From NCBI RefSeq assembly GCF_000196355.1, contig NC_007614.1, positions 1,830,001 to 1,862,000 on the forward strand: a stretch of 32,000 nt of DNA. Direction: 5' to 3'. The notes below the pieces were generated by a model that saw only the letters and a program-made list of their open reading frames with translations, was not told where the DNA came from and made no database searches. A program made the position numbers and the translations under genes. The DNA is from Nitrosospira multiformis ATCC 25196 (GTDB lineage: Bacteria; Pseudomonadota; Gammaproteobacteria; Burkholderiales; Nitrosomonadaceae). Of the stretch, positions 19,575-29,588 are shown piece by piece. Position 1 is the first letter of the stretch; each line of letters starts with the position of its first letter.

Positions 19575-20462
19575 TTATCTCCTTATCTCTTTAGCCCCGC
19601 CCATCGTACCGCCCATCTCCGCCGCATGACTGGCGGCGCGTCCGCGCGGTCCGTGAAAATACTCCTGCACCCATTCGTCCTCGACGGCTTCGACCGTTTC
19701 GAGCGGGCCTGCCGCGAGAACGCGTTTCTGCGACAACACTGCAACGCGGTCGCAGATCGTATAGAGCGTATCGAGGTCGTGGGTCACAATAAAAACCGTG
19801 AGGCCCAGCGCATCGCGCAAGGTGAGGATTAGCTCATCGAATTCCGCCGCCCCGATAGGATCCAGCCCTGCCGTGGGTTCGTCGAGAAAAAGGATGTCGG
19901 GGTCCAGCGCCAGCGCGCGCGCCAATCCCGCCCGCTTGATCATGCCGCCCGATAGGGAGGACGGATATTTTGCGGCTGCATTCGCCGGCAGGCCGGCGAG
20001 TGCCAGCTTCACGATCGCCAGGTGCTCTGCATCGGCCCGGGTGAGGCCGGCATTTTCGATGAGTGGGAGCGCGATGTTTTCCACGACGGTCAAAGAGGAA
20101 AACAACGCCCCACGCTGGAACAGCACCCCGAAGCGCTGCTCCAGTGGCGCACGCCGCTCGGGCGCGAGCTGGAGCAGATCCGTGCCGAGAATACGCACGC
20201 TGCCCGCAGCGGGAGTTTGCAGACCCACGATGGAGCGCAACAGGACCGATTTGCCCGAGCCCGATCCACCGATGACGCCGAGGATCTCGCCGCGATGGAC
20301 GTCGAGGTCCAGCTTGTCGTGCACAAGTTGCCTGCCAAAACGGTTAGTCAGGCCCCGTACCTGGATGATCGCTCCACCGCTCTGCGCCGAGGAACCCGTT
20401 GCCTGGCTGTCAGGGCTCGTCCGGGCGGCTTTCTGCGGAAACAGCGCCTCGTCCGTTACCAT
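19575..20462 (-). CDS. MlaF-like ABC transporter ATPase
   Basis: Walker A GGSGSGKSVLLRS, signature LSGGMIKRAGLARAL, Walker B DILFLDEPTAGLD. Start at MVTDEALF with GGAGATGG RBS; the longer track ORF extends into mlaE. Confidence 0.92.
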   Translation of the reverse strand: MVTDEALFPQKAARTSPDSQATGSSAQSGGAIIQVRGLTNRFGRQLVHDKLDLDVHRGEILGVIGGSGSGKSVLLRSIVGLQTPAAGSVRILGTDLLQLAPERRAPLEQRFGVLFQRGALFSSLTVVENIALPLIENAGLTRADAEHLAIVKLALAGLPANAAAKYPSSLSGGMIKRAGLARALALDPDILFLDEPTAGLDPIGAAEFDELILTLRDALGLTVFIVTHDLDTLYTICDRVAVLSQKRVLAAGPLETVEAVEDEWVQEYFHGPRGRAASHAAEMGGTMGGAKEIRR

Positions 20463-21610
20463 CCCATCTCCATGAAAAACAGGGCCGCCATTGCGTCCAG
20501 AAAAATGACGACGAATATGGAATGTACCACACTGGCTGTCGTGTGCTGTCCCACGGATAGTGCGCTGCCGCTGACCTTGAGTCCTTCGAGGCAGCCTATG
20601 ACTCCGATCACGAAGGCGAATACGGGCGCCTTGGACATGCCCACCAGAAAATGCCGCAGCTCGATCTGATCCTGAAAAATGGTGAGGAACATTGCCAGTG
20701 AAATATCCAGTTGCAGAGCGCACACGAGCGCACCCCCCAGGATTCCCGAAATCATCCCCACGAAAGTGAGGATAGGCAGGGATACGAACAATGCCAGCAC
20801 GCGCGGCAGCACCAGCAGGTTGACGGGGTTCAGGCCCAGGACGCGGGTTGCGTCGATCTCCTCGTTGATCTTCATGGAACCGAGCTGAGCGGTGAACGTG
20901 CTCGCTGTGCGGCCAGCCATGAGGATGGCGGTAAGCAGGACGCCCAGCTCCCGCAGGAAGGCGAACGTCACGAGATTGACGGTGTAGATGCTTGCCCCGA
21001 AATTGGCCAGCACGGTTGCCCCCAGAAAGGCGATTACGGCGCCCACCATGAAATTGAGCAGAGCGATGATGGGTACCGCATTTAGGCCGGTTTCGTGGAT
21101 TTGCGCCACGATCGATGTGAGGCGCCAGCGTTTCGGATGCAGCAGGCCGCGGGCCAGCGCATCGAGTGTGAAACCCATGAAGCCGAGCAAGGCCAGGATT
21201 TGCTGCCGGAAGATTTCCAGCGCAACTCCGGCGTGACCGAATATTTCGATAAAGGCACCCCGCTGCCGCCTTTGGGATACCTTCCCGGCAGCCTCCATCG
21301 CCTTGGCCACCATCAGCAGCAGCGCGCTCCGTTCGCGGCTCAGCGCATCGGAAGCGGCAAGCTCTCCGGCAAGTTCTGCGCCGAGCAGTTCGTAAAGGCG
21401 CGCGGCTCCCGCGGTATCCAGCGCCGCAAGCCCGCCCAGATCTACGTTGCGCCCTGCTGCGGCGAGACCTCGTGAGCGATGCCGGAGCAAGGCGATCTGC
21501 TCGCCCAGCGCGGCATAGTTTTCGAGCGTCCAGTTGCCACGCACATTCAGCCGTGGGGGATTTTCAGAAGCGTCCCAGAGCAGGAGTTCCGAATCGACGC
21601 CAGATATCAT
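20456..21610 (-). CDS. MlaE-like permease with N-terminal STAS-like domain
   Basis: MlaE core FLGATVLANFGASIYTVNLV...RELGVLLTAILMAGRTASTFTAQLGSMKINEEIDA; N-terminal STAS-like region (VDLGGLAALDTAGAARLYELL). Confidence 0.88.
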   Translation of the reverse strand: MISGVDSELLLWDASENPPRLNVRGNWTLENYAALGEQIALLRHRSRGLAAAGRNVDLGGLAALDTAGAARLYELLGAELAGELAASDALSRERSALLLMVAKAMEAAGKVSQRRQRGAFIEIFGHAGVALEIFRQQILALLGFMGFTLDALARGLLHPKRWRLTSIVAQIHETGLNAVPIIALLNFMVGAVIAFLGATVLANFGASIYTVNLVTFAFLRELGVLLTAILMAGRTASTFTAQLGSMKINEEIDATRVLGLNPVNLLVLPRVLALFVSLPILTFVGMISGILGGALVCALQLDISLAMFLTIFQDQIELRHFLVGMSKAPVFAFVIGVIGCLEGLKVSGSALSVGQHTTASVVHSIFVVIFLDAMAALFFMEMGW

Positions 21611-21933
21611 GGAGTTGCAATTTTTTTGCGTGAAAGTGGCGCTATCGCGGGATATCAATCAGGAGGCCGCAGCGCAACAACCAACGGATCAACCCACTCC
21701 TCTGTTTCAAGTGAACCGGAATCAGGCATATCTCCCATGATATAAGGGTGCCCGCTGGCATCACGCAAAAACAGGAACCAACAAAGTGGATGGGATTGTC
21801 ATGGCTCGGCAACTGATTGAAACGCTAGTCGTTTATATCGTTACTGTCAAGTCAGTCATATTGCCTGGCTGCAATAGGTAAGTGATTCGGTCGCTGATTC
21901 GGATTATTTTTCTCCTTTAGCCAAAGCGGTCCG

Positions 21934-24498
21934 TTACTGTCCATTTCGTTCAAGCAACGTCACCCCGCCACTCATGCCATCGACTTCCACCATATCCCCA
22001 TCCTTCAGTTCGGCCAACACCCCCGTCAGGTTAACGACCGCAGGAATAGCAAACTCACGGGCAACGATGGCCCCGTGGGAGAGATAACCGCCCGTCTCTA
22101 CAACCAATCCTGCTGCCCTGAGGAAAAGAGGCGTCCAGCCGGGATCGGTGGAGGGAGCAACCAGAATATCGCCCTTCTGCAATTTGTAGCCGTCGGATGG
22201 GTGGAGCAAAAGGCGAACTTTACCTCTCGCCAAGCCTGTGCCGGTCGGTATGCCCTGGTAGCGGCGTGAGTTATTTGAGGCTGTGACTGAGGCTGCGGCG
22301 GACTCATTTGCCTGCCAACCCTGCCGTGAATGCCTCGATGCCTCGACCAGAACATCCGGTGCCGTTTCCTGCGACCATTGTTCGAAAAGCCTCTTCCGCT
22401 CGCTCACGCGAGCCTTTACTCCAGTCTCGGGGATATCTCCATCCAGCACACGCAATATCTCGGAGAGCATGAGTTGAAAAATATCCGCTTCCCGCACCAG
22501 CACTCCCTGTTCAACCAGATAGCAACCGGCTGCGAGCAGCAGACGGCGCCCGGGCTCCATCAGTGCAGTCAGGGCGCTGCGTGCGGCTTCACGCTGGTTG
22601 CATTCCTGCGTCGCTGCCTTTGCCAATTTCAGGATAAATGCGCGTTTCCAGAACGGTACACCGGATCGGATACGTACCAGCGCTTCAGTCACCGCCGCTT
22701 TCTGACGAGCCTGCAACGCCGCCTCATCCACTTCGGCCAGTTGCCCCAGTTGCGATAGTAAATATTCCGGCGCCTCCCGCCATCTCGGATTCCGGAAATA
22801 ACTTTCATACAATCCCCGATGCCCGTAACGCTCAAGAAACTCATTGAAGGCATCCTGAAACCTGGGATTTTCTGAATGCCCATGATCACTGGAAGCTTCC
22901 ACTCTTTCCTGCCGAATGCTTTCCCCCCACAAACGCGCCAGCGCCATCAATTCATATGACTGGCGTGCGGTAACGCTCGGCTCTCCACCGGCGAGCAAGG
23001 CGGTAGCCAATGCATATCCTTCACCCGGAAAGCACTTATCCAGCTGGTCGACGAGCATTGCCAAGCTTCCGCCCCCTGAGCCCTGCAAGAAAAACAAATC
23101 GGCTGCGCTGCGGGCGACGTGAAAATGACGGAGAATTTCGGCTCGCAACCCTGCCACATCCTCAGGAAGCGGCTGCTTGCGCCACTGAACCGCCTCGGCC
23201 ATGGCGCGCTCCATGGCGCACTGGCCCCGGCGGCGCTGGGCTGGAGAGCGTAGCATATAACGGACGACCCTTCGCAAGCGCGCAAAACCATCGACAGGAC
23301 TTGCGCTCGGCAGCGTAATTTCCGGCTGCCTGCCGCCAATCAGCGAATTCGTCAGCTGGGGAATCACTCCTAATGCATCGAAAACTTCCCACTGCAACAA
23401 GGAAAGCTGTAAATAAAGCCGGCCATGAAACAGTCCCGCACGCTGCAATCCTGGCAGCAATGGATAACCCGCCAGAATGTAGCCCTGGGTGAGCAGTTCG
23501 TTAACGAGTTTGCGCGCATTGCACCAATCAATCGGTGACAGCGGCTCGGGAACTACTTCGCAGGTGTTGCCACGTGTCCAGTAGGCGGGTTGCGTTTGCA
23601 ATGCGGGATAGGTGTAACGGGGTCGGGCAGTGACTGGCCGAGCCTGGGTCAACCAGAACTGTTCACCGTCCCATACCCATTCCAGATCGTAGAATGGATG
23701 GGTGAAGTCCAGGGCCACCGCCGCGTCGCGCAACAGTTCAGCCAGGGCCAGCGCCTGAGCGGCCGAAAGAACGGATCCCGTTGCTTCGACTGCGGATGTC
23801 GGAACCATTGCTGTTCCGCCTTCCGGTCGAGCGACTGCCTTGGTCGCCTTACTGCCGATCTGCTCGTGCAGTAATATCCAGTGATCATCGAGCAAATCTT
23901 CACCAAAAACATATTCATCGCCCGTTGCCTGTCCCCCGACCAGCGATTCGCCCAACCCCCATTGCGCGTGGATGACGAGCCTATCGTCACGGCCGGTAAT
24001 CGGGTCGCAGGTGAAGGCGATGCCGGAAGCAACGGCAGGCAGCAGCGGCATGACGACTACTGCCATGCCTGGCATGGATGCGCCCGGGTTCAATCTTTGA
24101 CGATAAGCGATAGCGGTGGGAGAAGATAACGAGGCCCACACTTCCCGGACCGCGAGCTGTACCTGTTCGATACCGCATACATTCAGGCAAGTACGGTAAA
24201 TACCTGCGAACGAGGCCGTGGCTGAGTCTTCACCGGCAGCCGAAGAGCGTACTGCCAGCGGCCGATTCAACCACCCGCGGGTGGCAAGAGCCTTTTGCAA
24301 TGCTGCCGACAATTCGAGCGGGATCGCTGGAGGGACCGCCTCATCGTCATGCAAGCGTCCCCATCCCGCCGGGATAACCAGTCCTTCCGGCACCGGCAGA
24401 CCCAATTGCTTCAATCGCGCCAGATGCCATGCTTTGCCGCCTACGGTCGCTGCATCCGCAGCCAGAACACTTTCCCAGTCCAGAATTTCCAATTGCAT
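21934..24498 (-). CDS. PEP synthase / rifampin-phosphotransferase-like enzyme (PPDK N-terminal plus PEP-utilizing His domain)
   Basis: VGGKAWHLARLKQLGLPVPEGLVIP, LAVRSSAAGEDSATASFAGIYRT, MPLLPAVASGIAFTCDPITGRDD, and C-terminal GGYLSHGAIVAREFAIPAVVNLTG. Confidence 0.88.
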   Translation of the reverse strand: MQLEILDWESVLAADAATVGGKAWHLARLKQLGLPVPEGLVIPAGWGRLHDDEAVPPAIPLELSAALQKALATRGWLNRPLAVRSSAAGEDSATASFAGIYRTCLNVCGIEQVQLAVREVWASLSSPTAIAYRQRLNPGASMPGMAVVVMPLLPAVASGIAFTCDPITGRDDRLVIHAQWGLGESLVGGQATGDEYVFGEDLLDDHWILLHEQIGSKATKAVARPEGGTAMVPTSAVEATGSVLSAAQALALAELLRDAAVALDFTHPFYDLEWVWDGEQFWLTQARPVTARPRYTYPALQTQPAYWTRGNTCEVVPEPLSPIDWCNARKLVNELLTQGYILAGYPLLPGLQRAGLFHGRLYLQLSLLQWEVFDALGVIPQLTNSLIGGRQPEITLPSASPVDGFARLRRVVRYMLRSPAQRRRGQCAMERAMAEAVQWRKQPLPEDVAGLRAEILRHFHVARSAADLFFLQGSGGGSLAMLVDQLDKCFPGEGYALATALLAGGEPSVTARQSYELMALARLWGESIRQERVEASSDHGHSENPRFQDAFNEFLERYGHRGLYESYFRNPRWREAPEYLLSQLGQLAEVDEAALQARQKAAVTEALVRIRSGVPFWKRAFILKLAKAATQECNQREAARSALTALMEPGRRLLLAAGCYLVEQGVLVREADIFQLMLSEILRVLDGDIPETGVKARVSERKRLFEQWSQETAPDVLVEASRHSRQGWQANESAAASVTASNNSRRYQGIPTGTGLARGKVRLLLHPSDGYKLQKGDILVAPSTDPGWTPLFLRAAGLVVETGGYLSHGAIVAREFAIPAVVNLTGVLAELKDGDMVEVDGMSGGVTLLERNGQ

Positions 24499-24843
24499 GA
24501 TTTGTGTGATTACGGGCGCTTCTCCCGTCCCTCTGGGTGAAAACGCCCCCTCAGCCGGATTTAACACAACCTTCGCCGCTGACAGATCTCACCATTGCGA
24601 CGACCACAAACTCGATTATTTCCACGTCAGGCGGGGGCAGTCGAAGTATTCCCCCACTGATGCATCGCACCGCTTCAAACGGACATCGGTTCATGTATGT
24701 TTCCAGTTCGTCCGACCTTTTGTTGCTTACGGTACCCAGGCACCAATTCGACAAATGGTTGCTTGTAATACCCGCGATCAAACGGAATAGCGATGAAATA
24801 TCCCTGGTTAGCCTCCGATCGAACGCGGCGCTGCGCGGGGAAG

Positions 24844-25290
24844 CTAGCGGTCCGCCTGCGCCTGTTGGACCAGTTCCGTGAGCTGGTCCAGGAGTGCTCT
24901 CTTCTGATTTCCCAGTTCGGAATAGCGTGCATAGAACTGGTTCAAGTCGCGGGTGTATTGCTGGATGCGTTCCGTGCGCTCGCGCTGCAACCTGATATTG
25001 TCATCATAATTTGTCGGCGGCGCATCCTTCACCCCACCCATTGTCAGGTACCCTTGCACGGTGAGTGGTTGGCTATCCTGTATTTCGTTGCGCCGCAATT
25101 CCTGAATCATCTGGAATTGCTGGTAAACAGTCTGTTGTTCCTGGCTCAGGTGATTCAAAGCCATCTCAAGCTCTGCCACTCTGGGATCGGGCTTAATATC
25201 CGATTTCCCGGGAACACCCGGCACAGCCTGCGCGTGCACCAAGTCTGTCGCTCCTGAAAAAAGCAGCAGTGCAAGAATGACAGGTTTCAT
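24844..25290 (-). CDS. hypothetical exported coiled-coil-like protein
   Basis: Signal peptide MKPVILALLLFSGATDLVHAQ and a helical body (VAELEMALNHLSQEQQTVYQQFQMIQEL...). Confidence 0.7.
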   Translation of the reverse strand: MKPVILALLLFSGATDLVHAQAVPGVPGKSDIKPDPRVAELEMALNHLSQEQQTVYQQFQMIQELRRNEIQDSQPLTVQGYLTMGGVKDAPPTNYDDNIRLQRERTERIQQYTRDLNQFYARYSELGNQKRALLDQLTELVQQAQADR

Positions 25291-25512
25291 GTTGCAGGAT
25301 AATCCCGTATGAATATCAGGAGTCAGAGAGCGCATCTTACGACCCTCTTTCGGCATTTTGCTCAACCGACGGCATTCCATGCCGCCGCACGCTTAGCTGG
25401 TAACCATTGTGTTTAAATTAAGAAGGGAAAGGCTATCAGCAACGATTTCGGCTTCCTTCTTCAAAGATAGCATGGATATAGAACGTGGATTGGCTTCGAG
25501 GAGAATTATGAC

Positions 25513-26328
25513 ATGAATGAACAATCGTTCCCCTTGCAGGACAGGATAGTGGACGAGCGTCGCACGCTTCTGCAACAGCTGCAGGAGTGGCTGGAGATAC
25601 CCATGCTGGTGCTCGCTTTCATATGGCTTGCATTGATAGTGGTGGAGATTGTCTGGGGACTCAACCCTCTGGTTGAATCCGTGGGCTACATCATCTGGGT
25701 AATTTTTATTCTCGATTTTATTTTGGAGTTTTGGCTGGCGCCGGAAAAACTGGACTATCTTAAAAAGAACTGGCTCAGCGGCATCGCCCTTATAGCGCCT
25801 GCGTTACGCGCCCTCCGGCTCGTTCGCGTGGTGCGGCTTGCGCGCCTCGGCAGGATCGCGGGAATGTCGCGGGGTCTGAGGTTGCTGCGGGTGTTGAGCA
25901 GCGTCAACCGGGGCATGCGTGCCCTGGGCGCCACGATGCGCAGGCGAGGCTTTGGTTACGTCCTCTTGCTGACACTGATCGTTACCTTCGCCGGAGCAGC
26001 AGGAATGTATGGTTTCGAGAATAACCCGAACAATAATCCGGAGGGTGGCCTGCATAGCTATGGCGCCGCTGTGTGGTGGACAGCCATGATCATGACTACG
26101 ATGGGCTCGGAGTATTGGCCGCAGACCGCGGAAGGACGGGTGTTATGCTTTTTTCTTGCGCTGTACAGCTTTGCCATGTTCGGTTATGTCACCGCAACAT
26201 TGGCTACTTTTTTCGTGGGACGGGATGCCGAAAATCCCGATACGGAGATTGCTGGAGCTGAATCCATCTCTGGGCTTCGGGCGGAGATCGCGGCGCTGCG
26301 TGAAGAAATTCAGGGATTGCGTAAATGA
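25513..26328 (+). CDS. voltage-gated-channel-like ion transporter
   Basis: Multi-TM protein with an Arg-rich S4-like segment (RALRLVRVVRLARLGRIAGMSRGLRLLRVL) and pore region WWTAMIMTTMGSEYWPQT. Confidence 0.85.
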   Translation: MNEQSFPLQDRIVDERRTLLQQLQEWLEIPMLVLAFIWLALIVVEIVWGLNPLVESVGYIIWVIFILDFILEFWLAPEKLDYLKKNWLSGIALIAPALRALRLVRVVRLARLGRIAGMSRGLRLLRVLSSVNRGMRALGATMRRRGFGYVLLLTLIVTFAGAAGMYGFENNPNNNPEGGLHSYGAAVWWTAMIMTTMGSEYWPQTAEGRVLCFFLALYSFAMFGYVTATLATFFVGRDAENPDTEIAGAESISGLRAEIAALREEIQGLRK

Positions 26329-26415
26329 TGGACTGGTTTTCTCGTCATAATATGTTTAGTGTTAAGCTTATTCCTGTTTCCGCCAATCCGTGGCCAACCA
26401 TTGCGGGAGAAGATC

Positions 26416-26805
26416 ATGCAATATTATTTAATATTCGCCCTAGCCCTCGCCATTATTTCCATAGCATTCGCTCTGCAAAACGACACGATGGTGACGGTCG
26501 CGTTTGGCATATGGAGCTTCGACAGTTCGCTCGCCATGATGCTGGTCATTGCGGCAGGCATAGGAGCAACCATTTCTGTCTTGTTGTCATGGCCCAGCCT
26601 AATCAAAAATCAATGGGTGAGTGCCCGTCTGCGCAGGCAGGTGAGCAAACTGGAGGAAGACAAGGCTGCCCTGGAGCAGCGAACTACGCAACTGGAAGAA
26701 GAACTGGCAAAACTCACTCCCGAGCCTATCCCCGAGCCGCCCCCACGCTATCTCGGACTGAAATCGATGCTCCTCGGAAGCGACAAGCCAAACACAAGCG
26801 AATAA
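26416..26805 (+). CDS. LapA-domain (DUF1049) membrane protein
   Basis: MQYYLIFALALAIISIAFALQNDTMVTVAFGIWSFDSSLAMMLVIAAGIGATISVLL... followed by a coiled coil. Confidence 0.82.
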   Translation: MQYYLIFALALAIISIAFALQNDTMVTVAFGIWSFDSSLAMMLVIAAGIGATISVLLSWPSLIKNQWVSARLRRQVSKLEEDKAALEQRTTQLEEELAKLTPEPIPEPPPRYLGLKSMLLGSDKPNTSE

Positions 26806-26880
26806 TGTAAGCCTGGGGACCGAGCCTGATTTCATCGCTTCCAGCCATGGCCATACAACGTCTATTTCTAATGCACTCCC

Positions 26881-28128
26881 ATGTCCGACGCTGATTCACC
26901 CATGGAAGCCGAGCCGCCATTCGTGCAGCCGACCTTGAAAGCAAAGAAAGGAAGAGGAGCGGTATCCAATCTCCAGGGGCGGTACGAGCAATGGACGCGT
27001 CAAACCATCGATGATGGCTGGGGAAATGACGGTCTCATCGGAACCGCCGACAGAGACAAGACAGAAGATGACGAGCCGGACACAAGCTCGACATGGAAGA
27101 CCCAGATCATCGAGGAACATGCCAAAACCATACTAAGCCGCAATCAGTCGCCGGATGTGCCGTTCAGTATTTCGCTCAATCCTTATCGCGGATGCGAACA
27201 TGGTTGCATCTACTGTTTCGCGCGTCCCACTCACAGTTACCTGGGTTTGTCGCCCGGGCTGGATTTCGAAAGCAAAATATTCGCCAAGATCAATGCACCG
27301 GAGCTTTTGAGACGGGAGCTGGCAAAACAATCATATGTGCCGGAACCCATCGCGCTCGGCGTCAATACGGACGCATATCAGCCCTGCGAGCGCGACTTGC
27401 GGTTGACACGGCGCGTGCTGGAAGTGCTACGTGAGTGCGAACATCCGGTTGCCTTGATTTCCAAGTCATCGCTGATGGAACGCGACATGGATTTGCTCTC
27501 CGATATGGCTTCAAGACGATTGGCTGTGGCCGCGGTGACAATCACCACTCTCGATCCCGCGGTTGCGCGCACGCTCGAACCGCGGGCAACCGCTCCGGCA
27601 CGCCGTCTACGGACGATTCGCACGCTGACGGATGCCGGAATTCCGGTCGGCGTCAGCGTTGCACCGGTGATTCCGTTTGTCACCGAGCCCGATCTGGAGC
27701 GAGTACTGACGGCAGCAGCAGAAGCCGGAGCAATCAATGCAGGCTATGTCATGTTGCGCCTGCCGTGGGAGATCAGCCCCCTGTTCAGGCAGTGGCTGGA
27801 AGCACATTTTCCTGATCGCGCTGCCCGGGTCATGAACCGGGTGCGCGACATCAGGGGTGGCAAGGATTACGATTCGAGCTTCGGCAGGCGCATGCGCGGC
27901 GAGGGCATCTGGGCCGACCTGATTCGGCAGCGATTCGACAAAACGGTGAAACGCCTTGGGCTCAGTGCGCATTCGCACCGATTCACAGGACTGGACAGCT
28001 CGCGTTTCCGTGCGCCTTCTGTCAATCCAGTAGCTCTCCAATCACCCATGAGCGAAAAATCGAAGGGAAAGGATTGGAAAGCAAAAACCGGAGAGCAAAA
28101 ACCAAACGACCAGCTTGAGCTTTTTTGA
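26881..28128 (+). CDS. radical SAM protein (PA0069/Rv2578c-type)
   Basis: SLNPYRGCEHGCIYCFARPTHSYLGLSPGLDFESKIFAK with the CxxxCxxC cluster motif. Confidence 0.92.
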   Translation: MSDADSPMEAEPPFVQPTLKAKKGRGAVSNLQGRYEQWTRQTIDDGWGNDGLIGTADRDKTEDDEPDTSSTWKTQIIEEHAKTILSRNQSPDVPFSISLNPYRGCEHGCIYCFARPTHSYLGLSPGLDFESKIFAKINAPELLRRELAKQSYVPEPIALGVNTDAYQPCERDLRLTRRVLEVLRECEHPVALISKSSLMERDMDLLSDMASRRLAVAAVTITTLDPAVARTLEPRATAPARRLRTIRTLTDAGIPVGVSVAPVIPFVTEPDLERVLTAAAEAGAINAGYVMLRLPWEISPLFRQWLEAHFPDRAARVMNRVRDIRGGKDYDSSFGRRMRGEGIWADLIRQRFDKTVKRLGLSAHSHRFTGLDSSRFRAPSVNPVALQSPMSEKSKGKDWKAKTGEQKPNDQLELF

Positions 28129-28295
28129 TGGAATGTTTTCCAGATTAGCAGGAGCAGGCCTCGGCAGGTTCATGGCGCGGGCACATCAGCTATGCCTGAC
28201 GATCCGTTTATCGTTCGGCAGAACTGACTTGCTTCCCGAATCCGGTTTATTTCCTTTTTGTTTCGCCGTAGCCACGGTTGCCTTGAATCAGGGCC

Positions 28296-29000
28296 CTACA
28301 CTTCTGCCGGATCGAGCCGCATCCACAGGCATTTACCCTTGCTTTCCTTTTCGATCATTTCCAGTTGACGGGCGTGCGCTTCCAGTTCTTCGGCACTGGC
28401 AGGCAGGACGACCAGTTGCAAATCATGCAGGCTGATATCGAGATCAAGCGGAGATGGTGCTTCGAGTTCCATGAGCAGGCTCTCCTGCCCGCGCGTCATG
28501 GCAAGATAAACTTCCGCGAGCAGTTCCGCATCCAGCAGCGCACCGTGCAGCGCGCGCCGTGAGTTATCCACCTCGTACCGCTCACACAACGCATCCAGGC
28601 TGTTCCTTTTACCGGGAAACAGCTCTTTCGCCATTTTCAGGGTATCGGTCACCGAGTGGCAGCATTCGCAGAGAGCCGGCAAGTTGGCAAGCCCCAGCTC
28701 ATGGTCAAGGAATGCGACGTCGAACGCTGCATTGTGCATGATCAGCTCGGCGCCATCGATGAACTCGAGCAACTCATGCACCACGTCAGCGAATTTTCGC
28801 TTGTCCAGAAGAAATTCGCTGGTTATCCCATGCACCTGCAAGGCGCCCTCCTCGATCTCGCGTTCCGGGTTGAGATAATGATGGAAGCGGCGACCTGTCA
28901 ATCGCCGGCTCATCATCTCCACCGCCCCGATTTCGATAATTCGATGACCCAGTTTAGGCTCGAGTCCCGTCGTTTCCGTATCTATGAAAATCTGACGCAT
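28296..29000 (-). CDS. dnaQ: DNA polymerase III subunit epsilon
   Basis: MRQIFIDTETTGLEPKLGHRIIEIGAVEM, HNAAFDVAFLDHEL, and the HGALLDAELLAEVYL exonuclease motifs. Confidence 0.96.
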   Translation of the reverse strand: MRQIFIDTETTGLEPKLGHRIIEIGAVEMMSRRLTGRRFHHYLNPEREIEEGALQVHGITSEFLLDKRKFADVVHELLEFIDGAELIMHNAAFDVAFLDHELGLANLPALCECCHSVTDTLKMAKELFPGKRNSLDALCERYEVDNSRRALHGALLDAELLAEVYLAMTRGQESLLMELEAPSPLDLDISLHDLQLVVLPASAEELEAHARQLEMIEKESKGKCLWMRLDPAEV

Positions 29001-29120
29001 CAACCAGCCCTTCTCTTGTATTGCGGATAATTACTCCGGTTTAACTCTTCCCTCTTTGTCTTACAGAAAATCACTCCCGGTTGAATGACTTTCAGAAGAT
29101 TGATGGGGATGGCTACCCGT

Positions 29121-29588
29121 CTAATTTGCGGAAACACCCCGCAGAGCCGTCTGCACGCCCCGGTTGGCCAGCATATCGGCATATTCGTTGCCATCATGGC
29201 CCGAATGCCCCCGCACCCATAACCATTCTATTTTGTGGCGCTGCGTCAGCAGATCGAGTTCTCTCCACAAATCATCATTTTTTACCGGCTTTTTGTCGGC
29301 GGTACGCCAATCGCGCTTTTTCCAGGCGTGTATCCACTCGCTGATACCCTTCTGTACATACAATGAGTCGGTGTGCAAGCGTACTTCACATGGCTTGGTC
29401 AGCGCTTCCAGCGCTCGGATGACAGCGAGCAACTCCATACGATTATTGGTGGTCATTTTCTCTCCACCGAATAATTCGCGTCTATGCCCGTTGTATTGCA
29501 GCAAGGCGCCCCACCCGCCCACCCCCGGATTCCCTTTGCAGGCTCCATCGGTAAATATTTCGACTACCTCGGCAAGTTTCGCTTTCAC
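29121..29588 (-). CDS. rnhA: ribonuclease HI
   Basis: [66 protein letters not shown]. Confidence 0.97.
   Translation of the reverse strand: MKAKLAEVVEIFTDGACKGNPGVGGWGALLQYNGHRRELFGGEKMTTNNRMELLAVIRALEALTKPCEVRLHTDSLYVQKGISEWIHAWKKRDWRTADKKPVKNDDLWRELDLLTQRHKIEWLWVRGHSGHDGNEYADMLANRGVQTALRGVSAN

Noticed and set aside
19068-19832. 254-aa plus-strand ORF antisense to the MCE and ATPase genes
   Set aside because: A shadow ORF in high-GC third-codon-position sequence; both minus-strand genes carry clear family motifs.
20463-20723. N-terminal extension of the MlaF ORF in the track
   Set aside because: It overlaps the mlaE 3' coding region and is low-complexity-like; the internal ATG with an RBS at 20462 fits ABC ATPase length.
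28115-28435. 106-aa plus-strand ORF after the radical SAM gene
   Set aside because: It overlaps the radical SAM stop and runs antisense to the dnaQ 3' end; composition is not convincing, and the dnaQ frame is certain.
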